A model generated the notes under the pieces. The model made no database searches. It had not been told where the DNA came from and was given only the letters and a program-made list of their open reading frames with translations. Made by a program: the position numbers and the translations under genes. A DNA stretch of 64,000 bases from the human T2T-CHM13v2.0 reference genome, Homo sapiens. Numbering within the stretch: position 1 is the first letter of the stretch; the number at the start of each line of letters is the position of its first letter. Below are positions 29,201 to 42,660 of the stretch, one piece after another. The DNA lies in NCBI RefSeq assembly GCF_009914755.1, contig NC_060930.1; one strand, written 5' to 3'.

Positions 29201-29729
29201 GAGAATAGAGCAGAGATATAAGGAATTTGTTGGAGAAAAACAATCAACAGATTAAATTGAATAATCCAAATTTAGAAATCTGTTAATATGTGACTACTGT
29301 ATCTCTTTGATCTTTTCTAATGATTATTAACTGTGTTCAGAATTTATGGTTATTTTACACTTCAATTTTTATATTCAACTTAAAAAGTGTTATCATAAAT
29401 AATTAGATTTATAAATAAATAAATAATCTACAACCACATATTTGCTGTTAGGCAAAATTCTAGTATGCAAAAATGTATTTATGAATATCTTCACAACAGT
29501 GACAAGAATTTCACTGGAGTTGACAAGAATTTCAACTCCAATATGTATGGAATTCCATTGTCTTTTCCTGCAGATAATTAGAAAAGGGAAACCCGAGGAT
29601 TGAGTGTAGAGATGGAACATAAAGCAGATGGCACAACAGCAGTCAAGGTTTTCACAATAAAGATTTAGGAGGAGAAAATGAGGTGAAGAAGTCATATGAT
29701 GAGACCTCTTGCTCTGTTGAGAAGGAGAA

Positions 29730-32178
29730 TGTATTAGTCCATTCTCACGCTGCTATAAAGAAATACCTGAGACTGGGTAATTTATAAAGAAAAGAGATTT
29801 AATTGGCTCATGGTTCTGCAGGCTACACAGGAAGCAAGATGGCTTCTGGGGCCTCAGGAAACTTTCAATCATAGCAGAAGGCAAAGGGGAAGCAGACAAG
29901 TCTTACATGGCTGGAGCACAAGGAAGACAGAGCTGGGGAGGTGCTCCACACTTTCAGACAACCAGATCTCATGGTAACTCACTCACTATCATGCAAACAG
30001 CATCAAAGGGGAAATCTCCCTACACGATCCCATCACCTCCCATCAGGCACCACCTCCAACATTAGGGATTACAATTTAACATGAAATTTGGGTGGCAACA
30101 CAAACCTAAACCATTTTTGTTCCACCCCTGATCCCTCCCAAATCTCATGTTTTTCTAACATTGCAAAATACCATCATGCCTTCCCAACAGTCCCCCAAAG
30201 TCTTAACTTATTCCAGCATTAACTGAAAAGTCCAAAGCCCAACGTCTTATCTGAGACAAGGCAATCTCTTCCATCTATGAGCCTATAAAGTCAAAAACAA
30301 GTTAGTTACTTCCAAGACACAATAGGGATATAGGTATATAGGTATTGGGTAAATACTCCCTTTCCAAAATGGATAAATCAGCCAAAAGAAAGGGGCTACA
30401 GGCACCATGCAAGACTGAAACCCAGCAGGACTGTCATTAAATCTTAAAGCTCCAAAATAGTCTCCCATGATTCCATGTCTCACATTCAGACCACTCTGAT
30501 GCAAGGGGTGGGCTCCCAATGCCTTGGGCAGCCCCACCCCTGTGATTTTGCAGGGCTCAGCCCCCACAGCTGCTCTCAAGGGCTGGCATTTAGTGTCTGT
30601 GGCTTTTTCAGGCACAGGGTGCAAGCTGTCAGTGTATCTACTATTCTGGGGTCTGGAGGAAGGTGGCCCTCCTCTCACAGCTCCATTAGGCAGTGCCCCA
30701 GTGGGTACTCTGTGTGGAGGTTCCAACCTCATATTTCCCCTCCGCACTGTCCTAGTAGAGGCTCTTTATAAGGGCTCTGCCTCTGCAGCAGGCTTCTGCC
30801 TGGACATCTAGGCTTTTCCATATGTCCTCTAAAATCTAGGCAGAGAATTCCAAGCCTCAACTCTCACACTCTGTGTACCCACAGGCTTCACACCATGTGG
30901 AAGCTACCAAGGCTTACAGCTTGCATCCTTTGAGCAACCCTAGTACCTGGGCTTCTTTGAGCTATGGCTGGAGCTGGAGTGGCTGAGATGCAGGGAGCAG
31001 TGCCCCAAGGCTGCACAGGGGAGTGGGGCCCTGGGTCTTGCTCATGAAACCATTCTTCCCTCCTAGGCCTCCAGACCTTTCATGGGAGGGGCTTCCATGA
31101 AGGTCTCTGAAATGCCTTCAGGGCCTTTTTCCCATTGTCTTGGCTATTAGTACCTGCCTTCCTTCTAGTTATGCAGATTTCTGTAGCCTACTTGAAGTCC
31201 TCCCCTGAAAGTGGGTTTTCCTTTTCTACCACATGGCCAGGCTACAAATTTTCCAAACTTTTACACTCTGCTCCCCATTTGAATATAAGTTTTAGTTTTA
31301 TGTCATTTCTTTGCTCACAAATATGAGCATAGGCTGCTAGAAGCAGCCAGGCCCCATCTTGAACACTTTGCTGCTTAGACATTTCTTCCACCAGATACCC
31401 TAAATCATCACCCTCAACTTCAAAGTTCTACAGAGCCCTTGGGCAGGGACACAATGCCTCCAACTTCTCTGCTATTGTATAACAAAAGTTACTTTTGTTC
31501 CAGTTCCCAATAAGTTCCTCATCCCCATTTGAGACCACCTCAGTTTGGACTTCATTGTCTAAATTACTATTAGCATTTTGGTCACAACAATTTAACAAGT
31601 CTCTAGAAAGTTCCAAACTTTCCCTCATCTTCTTATCTTCCTATCTCCTTCTGAGCCCTCCACACTCTTCCTACCTCTGCCCATTACCCTGTTCCACAGT
31701 TACTTCCACATTTTCAGGTATCTTTACAGCAATACCCCTCTCCTGGTACCAATTTTCTATAATAGTCCATTCTTGCATTGCTATAAATAAATAACCCGAG
31801 AATGGGTAATTTACTTAAAAAAAAGAGGTTTAATTGGCTGATGGTTTTGTAAAAAAGAGGTTTAATTGGCTGATGGTTCTGCAGGCTCTACAGGAAACAT
31901 GCTGGGAAGGCCTAAGAAAACTTATTATGCAATCATGGCCGAAGACAAAGGGGAATCAGGTACGTCTTACATTGCCAGAGCAGGAGGAAGAGAGAGAGGG
32001 GGAGGTGCTACACACTTTTCAAAAAACAGATCTCAGGATAACTTACCCACTATCACAAGAACAGCACCAAAGGGGAAATCTGCCCCCATTAGCCAATCAT
32101 CTCCCACCAACCATCACCTCCAACATTGGGATTACAATTTGATATGCAATTTGGGCAGGGACACAGACCACCATATCA
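29730..32178 (-). mobile_element. Full-length MSTA (ERVL-MaLR) element: LTR 29730-30116, internal about 30117-31757, LTR 31758-32178
   Basis: Two similar LTRs (t.ta.tagtccattct...ctata...ggggaaatct...cacctccaacatt.gggattacaatt) flank an internal region homologous to the THE1 internal region (PHRVPTGALP..AV.GGPPSSRPQN in both). Confidence 0.92.
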
Positions 32179-32384
32179 AAAGAAGCTAAGAAATGTGTAA
32201 AAAAAATACATAATTGTCTTATTTTAAATATCTGTGAACATGTCTGTCTAGAGCAAACCCACCACTGGCTCATGTCCACCAACATGGAAAAGAAACCTGC
32301 ACCAATGAACTGAGCTGAGGCCAAGGCCTTAGTGCTGAAGCTAGTGGCTCTTATCATAGGAAGAATGAAGTACACCTACTAGTT

Positions 32385-33445
32385 CTTTTACCCCAGCTTT
32401 ATTAAAGTATATAACAGACAAATTAAAATTGTATTCACAGTCACGCATCACATAAGGATGCTTCAAAGACAGACCATAAGATTATAATAGAACTGAAAAC
32501 TTTCTAGCCTCCAGTACTGTACTAAGATTTCAGTGCAACATATTAACTGTTCTGTGTTTGGATATGTCTACGTACACAAATACTTTGTGTTACAACTGCC
32601 TACAGTATTCAGTGCAGTAACATGCTATACAGGTGTGTAGCCTAACAGCAATAGGCTATACCATAGAGCCTAGGTGTGTAGTAGGCTATGACATTTAGGT
32701 TTGTGTCAGTACAATCTATGATGATTGCACAATGACAAAATTGCCTACCAATGCATTTTTTAGAATGTATCCCTATTGCTAAGCAATGCATAACTGAATT
32801 TGGTGTACAATGTGATGTCTTGATATATGTGCATACATTGTAAATTGACTAAATTAAGCTTGAATATATCCATTGCCTCATATATTTATCTTTTTTTGTG
32901 GTAAGAACACTTAAGATCTGCCTTCTTGGCAATTTTTAAGTATACATTATTAACAATGGACACCATGCTGAAAAATAAGACCTCCAGAACATAGTCCTCC
33001 TGTCTACCTAAAACTTTGTACCCTTTTATTAACACCTCCCCATCTCCCACCCTGTCCTCTGGCAACCATATTTTACTTTGTGCATCTATGAGTTTGACTT
33101 TCTTAGATTCCATATGTAAGTGAGATCATGTGACATTTGTGTTTCTGTGTTGGACTTATTTTATCCAACATAATGTCTTTCATGTTCATCTGTGTTATCA
33201 CAAATAACTGGATTTCATTATTTTCCAAGGCTGAATGGTATTCCATCATTTATATAGACCACATTTTCTTTATTCATTTATCTCTTGATAGATACTTGAT
33301 AGATACAGATACCTCTTGAAGACACTGATTTTGTTTCATTGGGATATATACCTAGGAGTGGAATTGCTGGATCATATGGTAGTTCTATTTTCAGTTTTTT
33401 GAGAAACCTCCACGCTGTTCTCCATAGTGGTTGTGCCAACAGTGT
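32385..33445 (-). mobile_element. L1MA (about MA8/9) 3' fragment interrupted by Tigger3
   Basis: cagctttattaaagtata...aaaattgtat | ggtgtacaatgtgatg...tttttgtggtaagaacacttaagatct...ggaattgctggatcatatggtagttctatt. Confidence 0.8.
32438..32796. mobile_element. Tigger3 (MER7/Golem) non-autonomous DNA transposon
   Basis: TIR-like cagtcacgc...gcataactg; core tgcctacagtattcagt.cagtaacatgct.tacagg...gcctaggtgtgtagtaggctat. Confidence 0.85.
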
Positions 33446-33479
33446 ATCTCCTGGCTCTCGTCGTCATGCAATGTTGAAG

Positions 33480-33680
33480 AACACAGACTCTGGAGCCAGA
33501 CCCATCTCACACTCATGAACACTATGAATTCAGCCATGTTGTTGGCGTCACAGTGCTTGCTCTAGTGTTCTTTCTGTAAGATGAGAATGACAATGGTACC
33601 TACTCTTATGGGAGGTATGAGGATTAAGCAGATTAACTTACATGAGGCACTTAGAGCATCAGAATAGGTGTTCCCAAGTT
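33480..33680 (+). mobile_element. MIR SINE
   Basis: acagactctggagccagac...ttctgtaagatgagaatgacaatggtacctac...tgaggattaa. Confidence 0.65.
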
Positions 33681-33689
33681 CACGGTGCC

Positions 33690-34740
33690 CTTCACTGTTT
33701 CAGGCATGGTGGACAGAGTGGACAAAACAGAGTTAAATCCTGGAACTCTTGGAGCTGACATTCAAGCAAGGGGAAACAGGCAAAAAACTAAATAAATAAG
33801 TAAAATATATAGATTATTACATAATAGATATGTTTTGGGGAAGAATTAAGCAGGCATGTTGGATAGCAGAGGTGCGGTTGTGATTTTGAATAAGGTAGTC
33901 ATGGAAGGCACCTCTGAGCAAACGCTCAGCTCAGTCCTCAAGAGAGGGCCTGCAGATTCTAGGGAGGGGCAGGGCAGTGTCCTGAGGCCCAAGTGTGGCA
34001 GAATGTCTGGGCACCTTAGAAAGGCCACTTTCCTTGGAGTGAAATCAATGAGGGGACAGTGGCAGGAGGAAGGGCCACAGAGCCTTCAGTGTAGGAGCCC
34101 TGGGGAGCCTGGAGGCACTGTAAGAAATTTGGATGGTGATATCATCTGGCTCTGTATTCCCATCAAAATCTTATCTTGAATTGTAATTGGAATTGTAATC
34201 CCCACGTGTTGGGGGAAGGTCCTCATGGGAAGTGATTAGATCGTGGGGTCAGTTCCCCCATGCTGTTCTCATGATAGTGAGTGATTTCTCACGAGATCTG
34301 ATGGTTTTATAGGGGCTTTTCCCCTCTTTGCTCTACACACTTCTCTCTCCTGCCGCCATGTGAAGAAGTACACATTTGCTTCCCCTTCTGCCATGACTGT
34401 AAGTTTCCTGAGGCCTTCCCAGCCCTACAGAACTGTGAGCCAATTAAACCTCTTTCCTTTATAAATTACTCAGTCTCGGGCAGTTCTTCATAGCAGCATG
34501 AAAATGGACTAATATAGCTGGTCTCTGAGGCAGTGGGTGTCATGGGGTGGCCTCAAGTTCTAGGAAGACACACAGGGTGTTGAACTTGGGGGAACAAAGG
34601 AAAGAAGCAGGGGACTGAAGGAGGTGGCCTGTACTCCAGGCAAAATACACTGATGGCTCAGCCTGCAGTAGTGCCTTGAATGGCAGTGAAGTTCTGAAGC
34701 TTCTCTGAAGATAAAGCAAATGGAGCTGTGTTTAGCAGGG
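33690..34740 (-). mobile_element. L2 fragments flanking a MaLR LTR
   Basis: gtggacaaaacagag...ggagctgacattc...ggtagtcatggaaggcacctctgag. Confidence 0.55.
34137..34516 (+). mobile_element. THE1D/MSTA-like solo LTR
   Basis: tgatat...gttcccccatgctgttctcatgatagtgagtga...gtaagtttcctgaggcc...gaaaatggactaata; 5-bp TSD gatgg/gctgg (4/5). Confidence 0.9.
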
Positions 34741-35353
34741 GAAGGTAACATTAGTATCCATCATAGCTGTCTTGATGAATTCCTATCACAGAAGATGAGC
34801 AGAGGTGGTGGGCAGAGAGAGTTAGCAACCAGGCTACTTCTGACCATAGCCATAAGGCATTTTGCTGGCATGGATGCTCATTCTCGAATCCTGCAGAGGT
34901 AAATGATCTGTAGGTCTGTGCTCCATGACATTACCTATGCATACGGGAAAATATATTCACTAAAAGTTTAATTAACATATTTCATATAGTTTGCAAAGTA
35001 TTAACATTTTCTCATAGTAGAGAGACCTGGGAACATACAATAAGTCAATAAGGCAAACACCTGACTGTGGCTGGGCAGGCTGGAGAGCAGCTGTGGCACC
35101 CAGCCTGAGTCTGCAACAGAATTCTCTAAAGCCCAACCAACAATGCGCCTCTCACTGAAGCAATCCACCCAGAAAGAAGTGTGGGATTTGTATTACTGCA
35201 TCCTTAGTCAAGCAGATATCATTTGGATTCCAATTCTGGGCTTCAGTTTCAGTGAAATGTGTAAAGATGGGAGGGACTCTGGGATGCGAATCCTTTCAGA
35301 ATTGCTACTTCTCAGGGATCCTCATCCAGAAAGACAATTAAAAATAGAAACTC

Positions 35354-35570
<217 letters not shown>

Positions 35571-36889
35571 AAAAATTAAAACTTATTTAAACGGCAGCAA
35601 ACATGCTGTAGGTTAGATATTTAGAACAATGTTTCTAGAGAGAGGTGAACATATGTCCAAAAGAAATATTACTTTTCTTGGTGAAATTTAAGAATTTCTG
35701 AGGGTGTGGTGGAAGAAGGGATACAAATACCAAAATCAGAATATTCCTCTTGGTTAGTTTCAGGACCGATCCACACAGATGCAGAAAGTCAAGCTTGATA
35801 ACAGGCAGGAAAAAACATGCTTCTGAGAACCCTCCATATAGGGTGACAGAAGGCAGCGCAGAGTCTGCGGCCAGAGGCCAAGCTGAACCAGGCAGGAGTC
35901 AGCGTCACTGTGCTCTCTGTTGAGCAATAAATACACTCTGCTCTAGGTGTGCTCCTTTTCAAGGAAGCTAATATATAAATCTGAATTTCAAACATATGTC
36001 AAATAATTTCTTCATATTTTAAAATCTCATTCTTTTTTGTAGGAATAATTACAGTCTTGAGTTAAAACAGCTCTACACAGTGTAGGCAACTCCGGACAAT
36101 TCCTGTATTTTATCAATGTTTGTTTCCCCAGCACTGGCCTGCACACAGTCAGCACTCAGTCAAGTTTTATGAATAAATGCTTGAGTGCATGAAATATTAA
36201 CAATGTTCTTTCTGATCAGATTCTTGGGTGTGAGGAACGGAAATCCATCTGAACTGGCCTAAGCAAACAAAGGAAGGCTCTGCTGGCCAGAACTCAGACA
36301 TCCAAGGCAGGGGCCATGTGAACTCAGCCTGGTGGGGTCAGGAACCAACTTCCACCACTCAGAGGCCACATGGCATGTCCATCCCTTCCTTTCCTGCTTC
36401 TCATGGGCTCTCCTTCTTCACTGTAGGTGCAGATATGGCCAGCACCTACCCAGGTCCCTCCCCTAACCCTGGATGCCATCTGCATCTTGGCGGGCAGTTT
36501 CCACACTCTCCCCCTGTCCTGTGCCTCTCTGCCTGAGAGCTTTCCCAGCCACAGAGGCTTGCAGGCTCATGCAGGGGGATGGGAGTGATGTTGCACCCCC
36601 AGGAGCACTTCCTTACCTCCCCAGCCAGTGGAAGACAGGCATTGGTTGGATAATTGTCTTGACTTCTGCTCTGCATGACATGGTCATTTGGGGATGTCTT
36701 ACATAGTCTCTTGAGGTGCCCCAGGGGATCACTGCAGTTATTGGTGTCTTCAGAAGAACAGTCTCATCAGACTTGATCTTCAATTCGTTATCTTGAGTTG
36801 TCTTTACCATCGTTTCCAGTGTTGAAATAGGGAGACTTGAAGCATTGAGGCACCAGAACAGAGGCAAAGTCTCACGCGGCTCAGTTTTC

Positions 36890-37095
36890 TCCCGAGACCC
36901 AGAGTCCAGCCAGGCACACAGCTGGGGCCGGAAGGTCACATGTATCCGCTTTTGCTTCACTGATGGGAAGTTTCCATCAAACACCTGGGGTTCTTCCTTG
37001 TACTCTGGATATTCTGCCAGTGAGAAGCACCTTAGCTCAAAAGTCATGTGATTCACACGCCAAGGACACTTGAAAGTGAGTGAGTTAAATGAGGA
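36890..37095 (+). mobile_element. MIR SINE, degenerate
   Basis: gagacccagagtcc...gaaagtgagtgagttaaatgag resembles the MIR core. Confidence 0.35.
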
Positions 37096-37099
37096 CAAG

Positions 37100-37304
37100 A
37101 CACACCGGGGACTGTTGTGGGGTGGGGGGAGGGGGGAGGGATAGCATTAGGAGATATACCTAATGCTAAATGACGAGTTAATGGGTGCAGCACACCAACA
37201 TGGCACATGTATACATATGTAACAAACCTGCACGTTGTGCACATGTACCCTAAAACTTAAAGTATAATAATAATAAAATTTAAAAAAAATAAAATAAAAA
37301 TAAA
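37100..37304 (+). mobile_element. Very young L1 3' end (L1PA2-like), about 200 bp
   Basis: cacaccggggactgttgtggggtggggggaggggggagggatagcattaggagatatacctaatgctaaatgacgagttaatgggtgcagc...aaacttaaagtataataataa; CpGs intact. Confidence 0.93.
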
Positions 37305-37824
37305 TTTTTTTAAAAAGTCATTTATAGCCTCGCACATCAATAAAGGAAATACAGTGGTCAAACAGGCTTATTAGAAATGTGAATAGTGGTGTTCTAAGAA
37401 AGAATAGCTAATATTTACATTTCTGAAGCAATTAGATGATAAATGTTCGTCCATTTTACTAGAGTATAAACCAATTTTATATGTGTGCAAAATCCTTGAT
37501 ATTGGAAGAAATCAATAAGAGATCAGTTTTACTTTGCTACTAAAAGAAACTTTTACCACAATTTTATCATTTCTGCCAAAAATTCTAAGTTCAGTATGTG
37601 TTGAAAGCACAGGAAAATGTGTAGCAAAGCATTGTCAGGAGCAGAGGGAAAACCTGAATTACCTTCAATGACCCAAGAGGATTTGAAATGGAAAAGACAG
37701 TGAAGCAAATAATTACCTTCAAATAGATTTTAAATATGCAATTGCTTATAAGGGTGCAAGCATTTCAGAAAAGTCTAGGATTTGGTAAAAGAGAAGCCAA
37801 TAAGAAATCCAAATAAAATATATA

Positions 37825-38165
37825 CAGTCATGCACTACATAATGACACCTTGGTCAATGACAGACCACATATTCAACGATGGTCCCATAAGGTTATAATG
37901 CTCTATTTCTACTTTACCTTTTCTATGTTGAGATATGTTTAGATACACAAATACTTATCATTGCATTACAATTGCCTACAGTATTCAGTACAGTCACATA
38001 ATGCACAGGTTTGTAGCCTAGGAGCAACAGGCTATACCATCCAGCCTAGCTGTGTGGCAGGCTTTACCACCTAGGTGTGTATAAGTACATGCCATGATGT
38101 TCACACACCCAGGAAATCACCTAATGACACTTTTCTCAGAATGAATCCCTATCCTTAATGGCTGG
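37825..38165. mobile_element. Tigger3a (MER7A)
   Basis: ta-cagtcatgcactacataatgac...ggtcccataaggttataat...gcctacagtattcagtacagt...ttctcagaatg. Confidence 0.88.
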
Positions 38166-38280
38166 ATTCAGAGATAGTTTTCTTAAGTAAAAATGAAGTA
38201 TCTGAAGTCATGTGTAAAAAGTCACATCCAACATTTATTTTTGAGGAAGGATGGGCTAGATGGGAATCTCAGAGCATGCC

Positions 38281-38814
38281 AGTAATGGTTAATTGTGTGT
38301 GTCCACTTAGGTGGGCAGCAGTACGCCCAGCTAGATCCCTGGCTTAATCTTTCCGGGTGTGTCTGGGAGGGTGTTTCTCCAAGAGAGACTGACATTGAGT
38401 TGGTGAACTGAGGAAAGCAGATGGCCTCCAAGCGTGGGTGGGCCTTCAGCAACGCACCACCGGCCTGAAAAGGACAAAATAGCACTGACAGGGTGACTCC
38501 TCTCTGCCTGGGAACTTGAGCTGAGACATCTGTTTTCTCCGGTGCTCAGTGCTCCTGGATCTCAGGCCTCAGACTCTGCCTAGAATCTACACCATGGGCT
38601 CTCTGGCTCCCAGGCCTTTGAACTACACCCTGGCTTTCCTGGGTCTCAAGCTTACATGTGACAGATCATGGGACTTCTCAGTGTCCATTATTATGTGATC
38701 CAATTCCTTGTAATAAATCTCTTTGTAAATAGATATAGATACAGATGCCTCTAGAGACATATATGGAATCATTTCATATTGGCTCTTGTTCTCTACAGAA
38801 CCCTAACTAATACA
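38281..38814 (+). mobile_element. MLT2 (ERVL) solo LTR
   Basis: atggttaatt.tgtgtgtc.actt...gggtgtgtctg.gagggtgtttc...cagatcatgggacttctcag...aataaatctc...gaaccctaactaataca. Confidence 0.85.
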
Positions 38815-38949
38815 ACACCCCTGCCCTCAATGTGCCTGCCCCACCCTGTGGGTGTAATTGGAGCTGGGGTTAGAGTGGCATTCCTGTGGTTAAGACTTGA
38901 TATCCCCTTTCTTTCCTCCACTCAGTCATCCAGCACAGACACATGGATT

Positions 38950-39304
38950 CCTCACCATAACAACGTAACACAGACTGAGTGACTTACAAGTTTATGCCCT
39001 TACAGTTCTGGAGGCCAGGAGTCCAAAATTAAGGTGCAGGCAGGGCTGCACTCCTGCTGAGGATGCTGGGAAGGGATCAGGCTCCTAGCTTCAGGTAGCT
39101 GTAGCATGGCAGTGTCACGTCCATCATCACATGGCATCTGTGTCCTTTTTTATGAGGACACCAGTCATATTGGATTAGGGTCACCCTAACGAGTCCATTT
39201 TAACCTATCATCTGCAAAGACCCTATGTCAAGAGAGAGGTCATTTTCTAAGGTACTGGAAGTTAAGACTTCATCTTTTGAAGGGACACAATTCAAACCAT
39301 AACA
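38950..39304 (-). mobile_element. MLT1A-like LTR
   Basis: cagttctggaggccaggagtccaaaattaagg...aggacaccagtcatattggattaggg...gggacacaattcaaaccataaca. Confidence 0.82.
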
Positions 39305-40337
39305 GTCACCAATGCATCAAACATAGTGACGATGCTGAAGGTACAGATATGACTACTCTGGCCTCTTCCTCAAGTGGTTCCCCTCCTGTCCATCCAGGAG
39401 TCAGTGACACAGAAATTATATATATATAGACACACACATATATATATATGATATAAATCACAAATATATATGCCATCTGTGATGCTGCATACACAGGAGG
39501 AGCTCCATGGCTGCTCTGGGAGGATAAAGGAGTTTCCCAGAGGATGTGGACATCTGAGCTGACTCTTAAAGACAAAGCTTATTTAATGTAGGAAGAAACA
39601 AGGGAAAAGGGAAGGGTGTTTGTAGGCTGAAAAACCTTCCCGTCAGGTCAATGACAGAACCTGTGGTTGTCTGTACGGCCAGGATGCTGGGTGCTGTGAG
39701 AAAAAGATTGAGACAGGATGCACAGGGGAACTAGAAGGAAATGGTGAACAGTTTTACCAAGAGTGGGTCAGTCCACTGCTACAGACAAGGCCGATGACAG
39801 CACCCATGGTTAGAAGTGAGGAAGGGGAACGACAATGACACAAAACACTCCTTAGGGGAAGCTTGCTAGTGAGAAGGAAGCAGTGAGGGGAAGAAGGTGC
39901 TTCGGGATGCTTTAGGCTCCAGGCAGTGAATGCCCCAACTCAACAGAGCTTAAGGGATGAGAAAACATCTCGTATGGTAAAGGACCAGAGGTAGGTGGCT
40001 TGGGGAGAACATGACGAGGGTCTTGACTCAGTCTATGGGCTAGTGCCCTACTTATGCCCAGTTGGGCATGTCTACATCAGCTTCTAGACATCCTTCCTCA
40101 TATCAGTTGCCTGATAGCGGTGAGCAGCCACTAGGGCAGCCTGCCTCCCTGTCATCTGGAGGACTCCCTGTCATTCTAGAGCACCCCACTCCCAGCTGTG
40201 CAGTGAAAGCCTTCTCTTTGTCTGATTTGGCCAATTTAGTTCCTATTCTCATTCCTAGACCAATAAGAGGTGAAGGGGAATACCCACGCCCAGCTTAAAC
40301 CTGCGATCCTGACCAAATGCTGGGAAGGATGAGGTCA

Positions 40338-40860
<523 letters not shown>

Positions 40861-42481
40861 CTATGACACAGGAGAGGTGGGTATTTGCTAAAATAAATAA
40901 ATATAAAATAAGTTAACAACACAGATTCCTTTAGGCAGGCAGAAGTGAGTAACGCATGCTGGGTAGGCAGCCAGTACTCTAGAAGGATAAAGCCAGGGAA
41001 GCTTGTGGTTTTCCTTCCTCTATGTTTGTAAGATGAAAACTTGGGCATGCCTGTAACTTACTAACTTAAGGCAAAAGACCTTGGGGAGAAGGAAGGAAAG
41101 GATAGAGTACAATCAGTGGGACAAGGGAGATGTGGAATTCACATCAACGTAAATGGGCTTAGAAGCCTGACTAATGTGTGTTTGGAGTCGTTTGCAAATA
41201 AGGGACAGACCCTGAGATCAGGGAGGAGCTGCTGCTTAGCAACAGGAAGGCATCAGGCAGTGTGTTTGTTTGGTGGTGGGCCTTGGAGAGCAGATCTACG
41301 AGGGTTTCTCTAACAGCAAGGGTTGTCATTCCCTCTGTCTGCGGGTAGTGCTTTTCCGCCGGATGGTTCTTCCTAGGAGCACACAGTCCTGCATCATCAG
41401 AACATGGGAAAGCTATTCAGGGCGGCCTGCCTCTCACTATTCCTAGTAAGAAAGATGCAAGCACTAATCTACAACACACACTAGCAGCGCAATCTGGAAA
41501 AGACCTTGGAACTAAAGTTCTCCTGTTAAACTTTGCAAGAAGAAAATCCAGGTTAAATGGCATGTCCATAGACCAAATCAAATGGTTTTTGAGGTTGCAC
41601 CCATGAACACATCTTTGAATAATATATACTTTGAATGAATCAGATGGAAGAGATTTATACACATTTGAATATAAAACATATTTTATTTAAACACAACAAT
41701 GAAAAGGCTGGACTGAGAGCCACAGCTGAGCAAACTTTGATGATAATGTATTAGGGTCAGGTCTCCACAACAGTAATAAATGGAGACTGTGAGGTCTTAC
41801 AGCTTACTCTCAAAAAATAATTTCTCTTCCTTAGAATTTAGTTGTACATTTGTTAGTGGACCCAAGAGCCAACTAGATAATGGGACCAAATCCAAGTTAA
41901 GATCGTATTTATTTAGGATACGAAACATAAAGTCATATTTGAAAGTAAGTTTAACTTCTTCTCACTAACTCTAAGTTCAAATTGGGTTTATAAAAATATT
42001 TCACAAAAAAGATCACGGCGTTTGATTAAAGTTATCGTTATTTCACTCCTTCTGATGATTTTATGTTTTTTATTACCATTTCGAATGAGAATATTTTTAT
42101 ATATTGTGTTCCCAGTTCTCTGAAAGAAATACATATTGGGTATGTTTGACTTAATAAATTATCCTTTGAGATGAAATATTAAATTCTCAGGAATATTTTT
42201 AGATTCTATGCAATTTTAAACATCAACTAAAACCTTTTCATGTAATTATGCTTCTATTCTGCTAGTAATGCTTTATCCTTGAACATTTTTTCTTTTTTCA
42301 TCTACTTAAAGACCAGTGTGATGGTATGAACATTTACTAAACTCCAACTGCTCATGTCTTTTGTTCTTATTCTGTTTCCCACAGCGCAGTGACAGGAGAG
42401 GGACCTACAGTATTCAGGTCAAGGTTTCCCTGTGTCTATCTATGCACACATCCCAGTAGATGCTCTGAAAGAGAAGGACTT

Positions 42482-42660
42482 ACTGAGGTGGGACAATCAC
42501 TTGAGCAGAAGAGTTTGAGGCTGCAGTAAGCTATGAAGGTGTCATTGCATTCTAGCCTGGGCAATGGAGTGAGACCCTGTCTCGAGAAGGAGATGGAGAA
42601 GGAGGAGAGAAGGAAGGGAGGAAGGGAGGGAGGGAAAGAGGAAGGAAGGAAGGAAGGAAG
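42482..42660 (+). mobile_element. Alu monomer fragment (FLAM/AluJ) with GGAA-rich tail
   Basis: ctgaggtggga..atcacttgagc..aagagtttgaggctgcagtaagctatga...gagaccctgtctc followed by (GGAA/GGGA)n. Confidence 0.8.
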
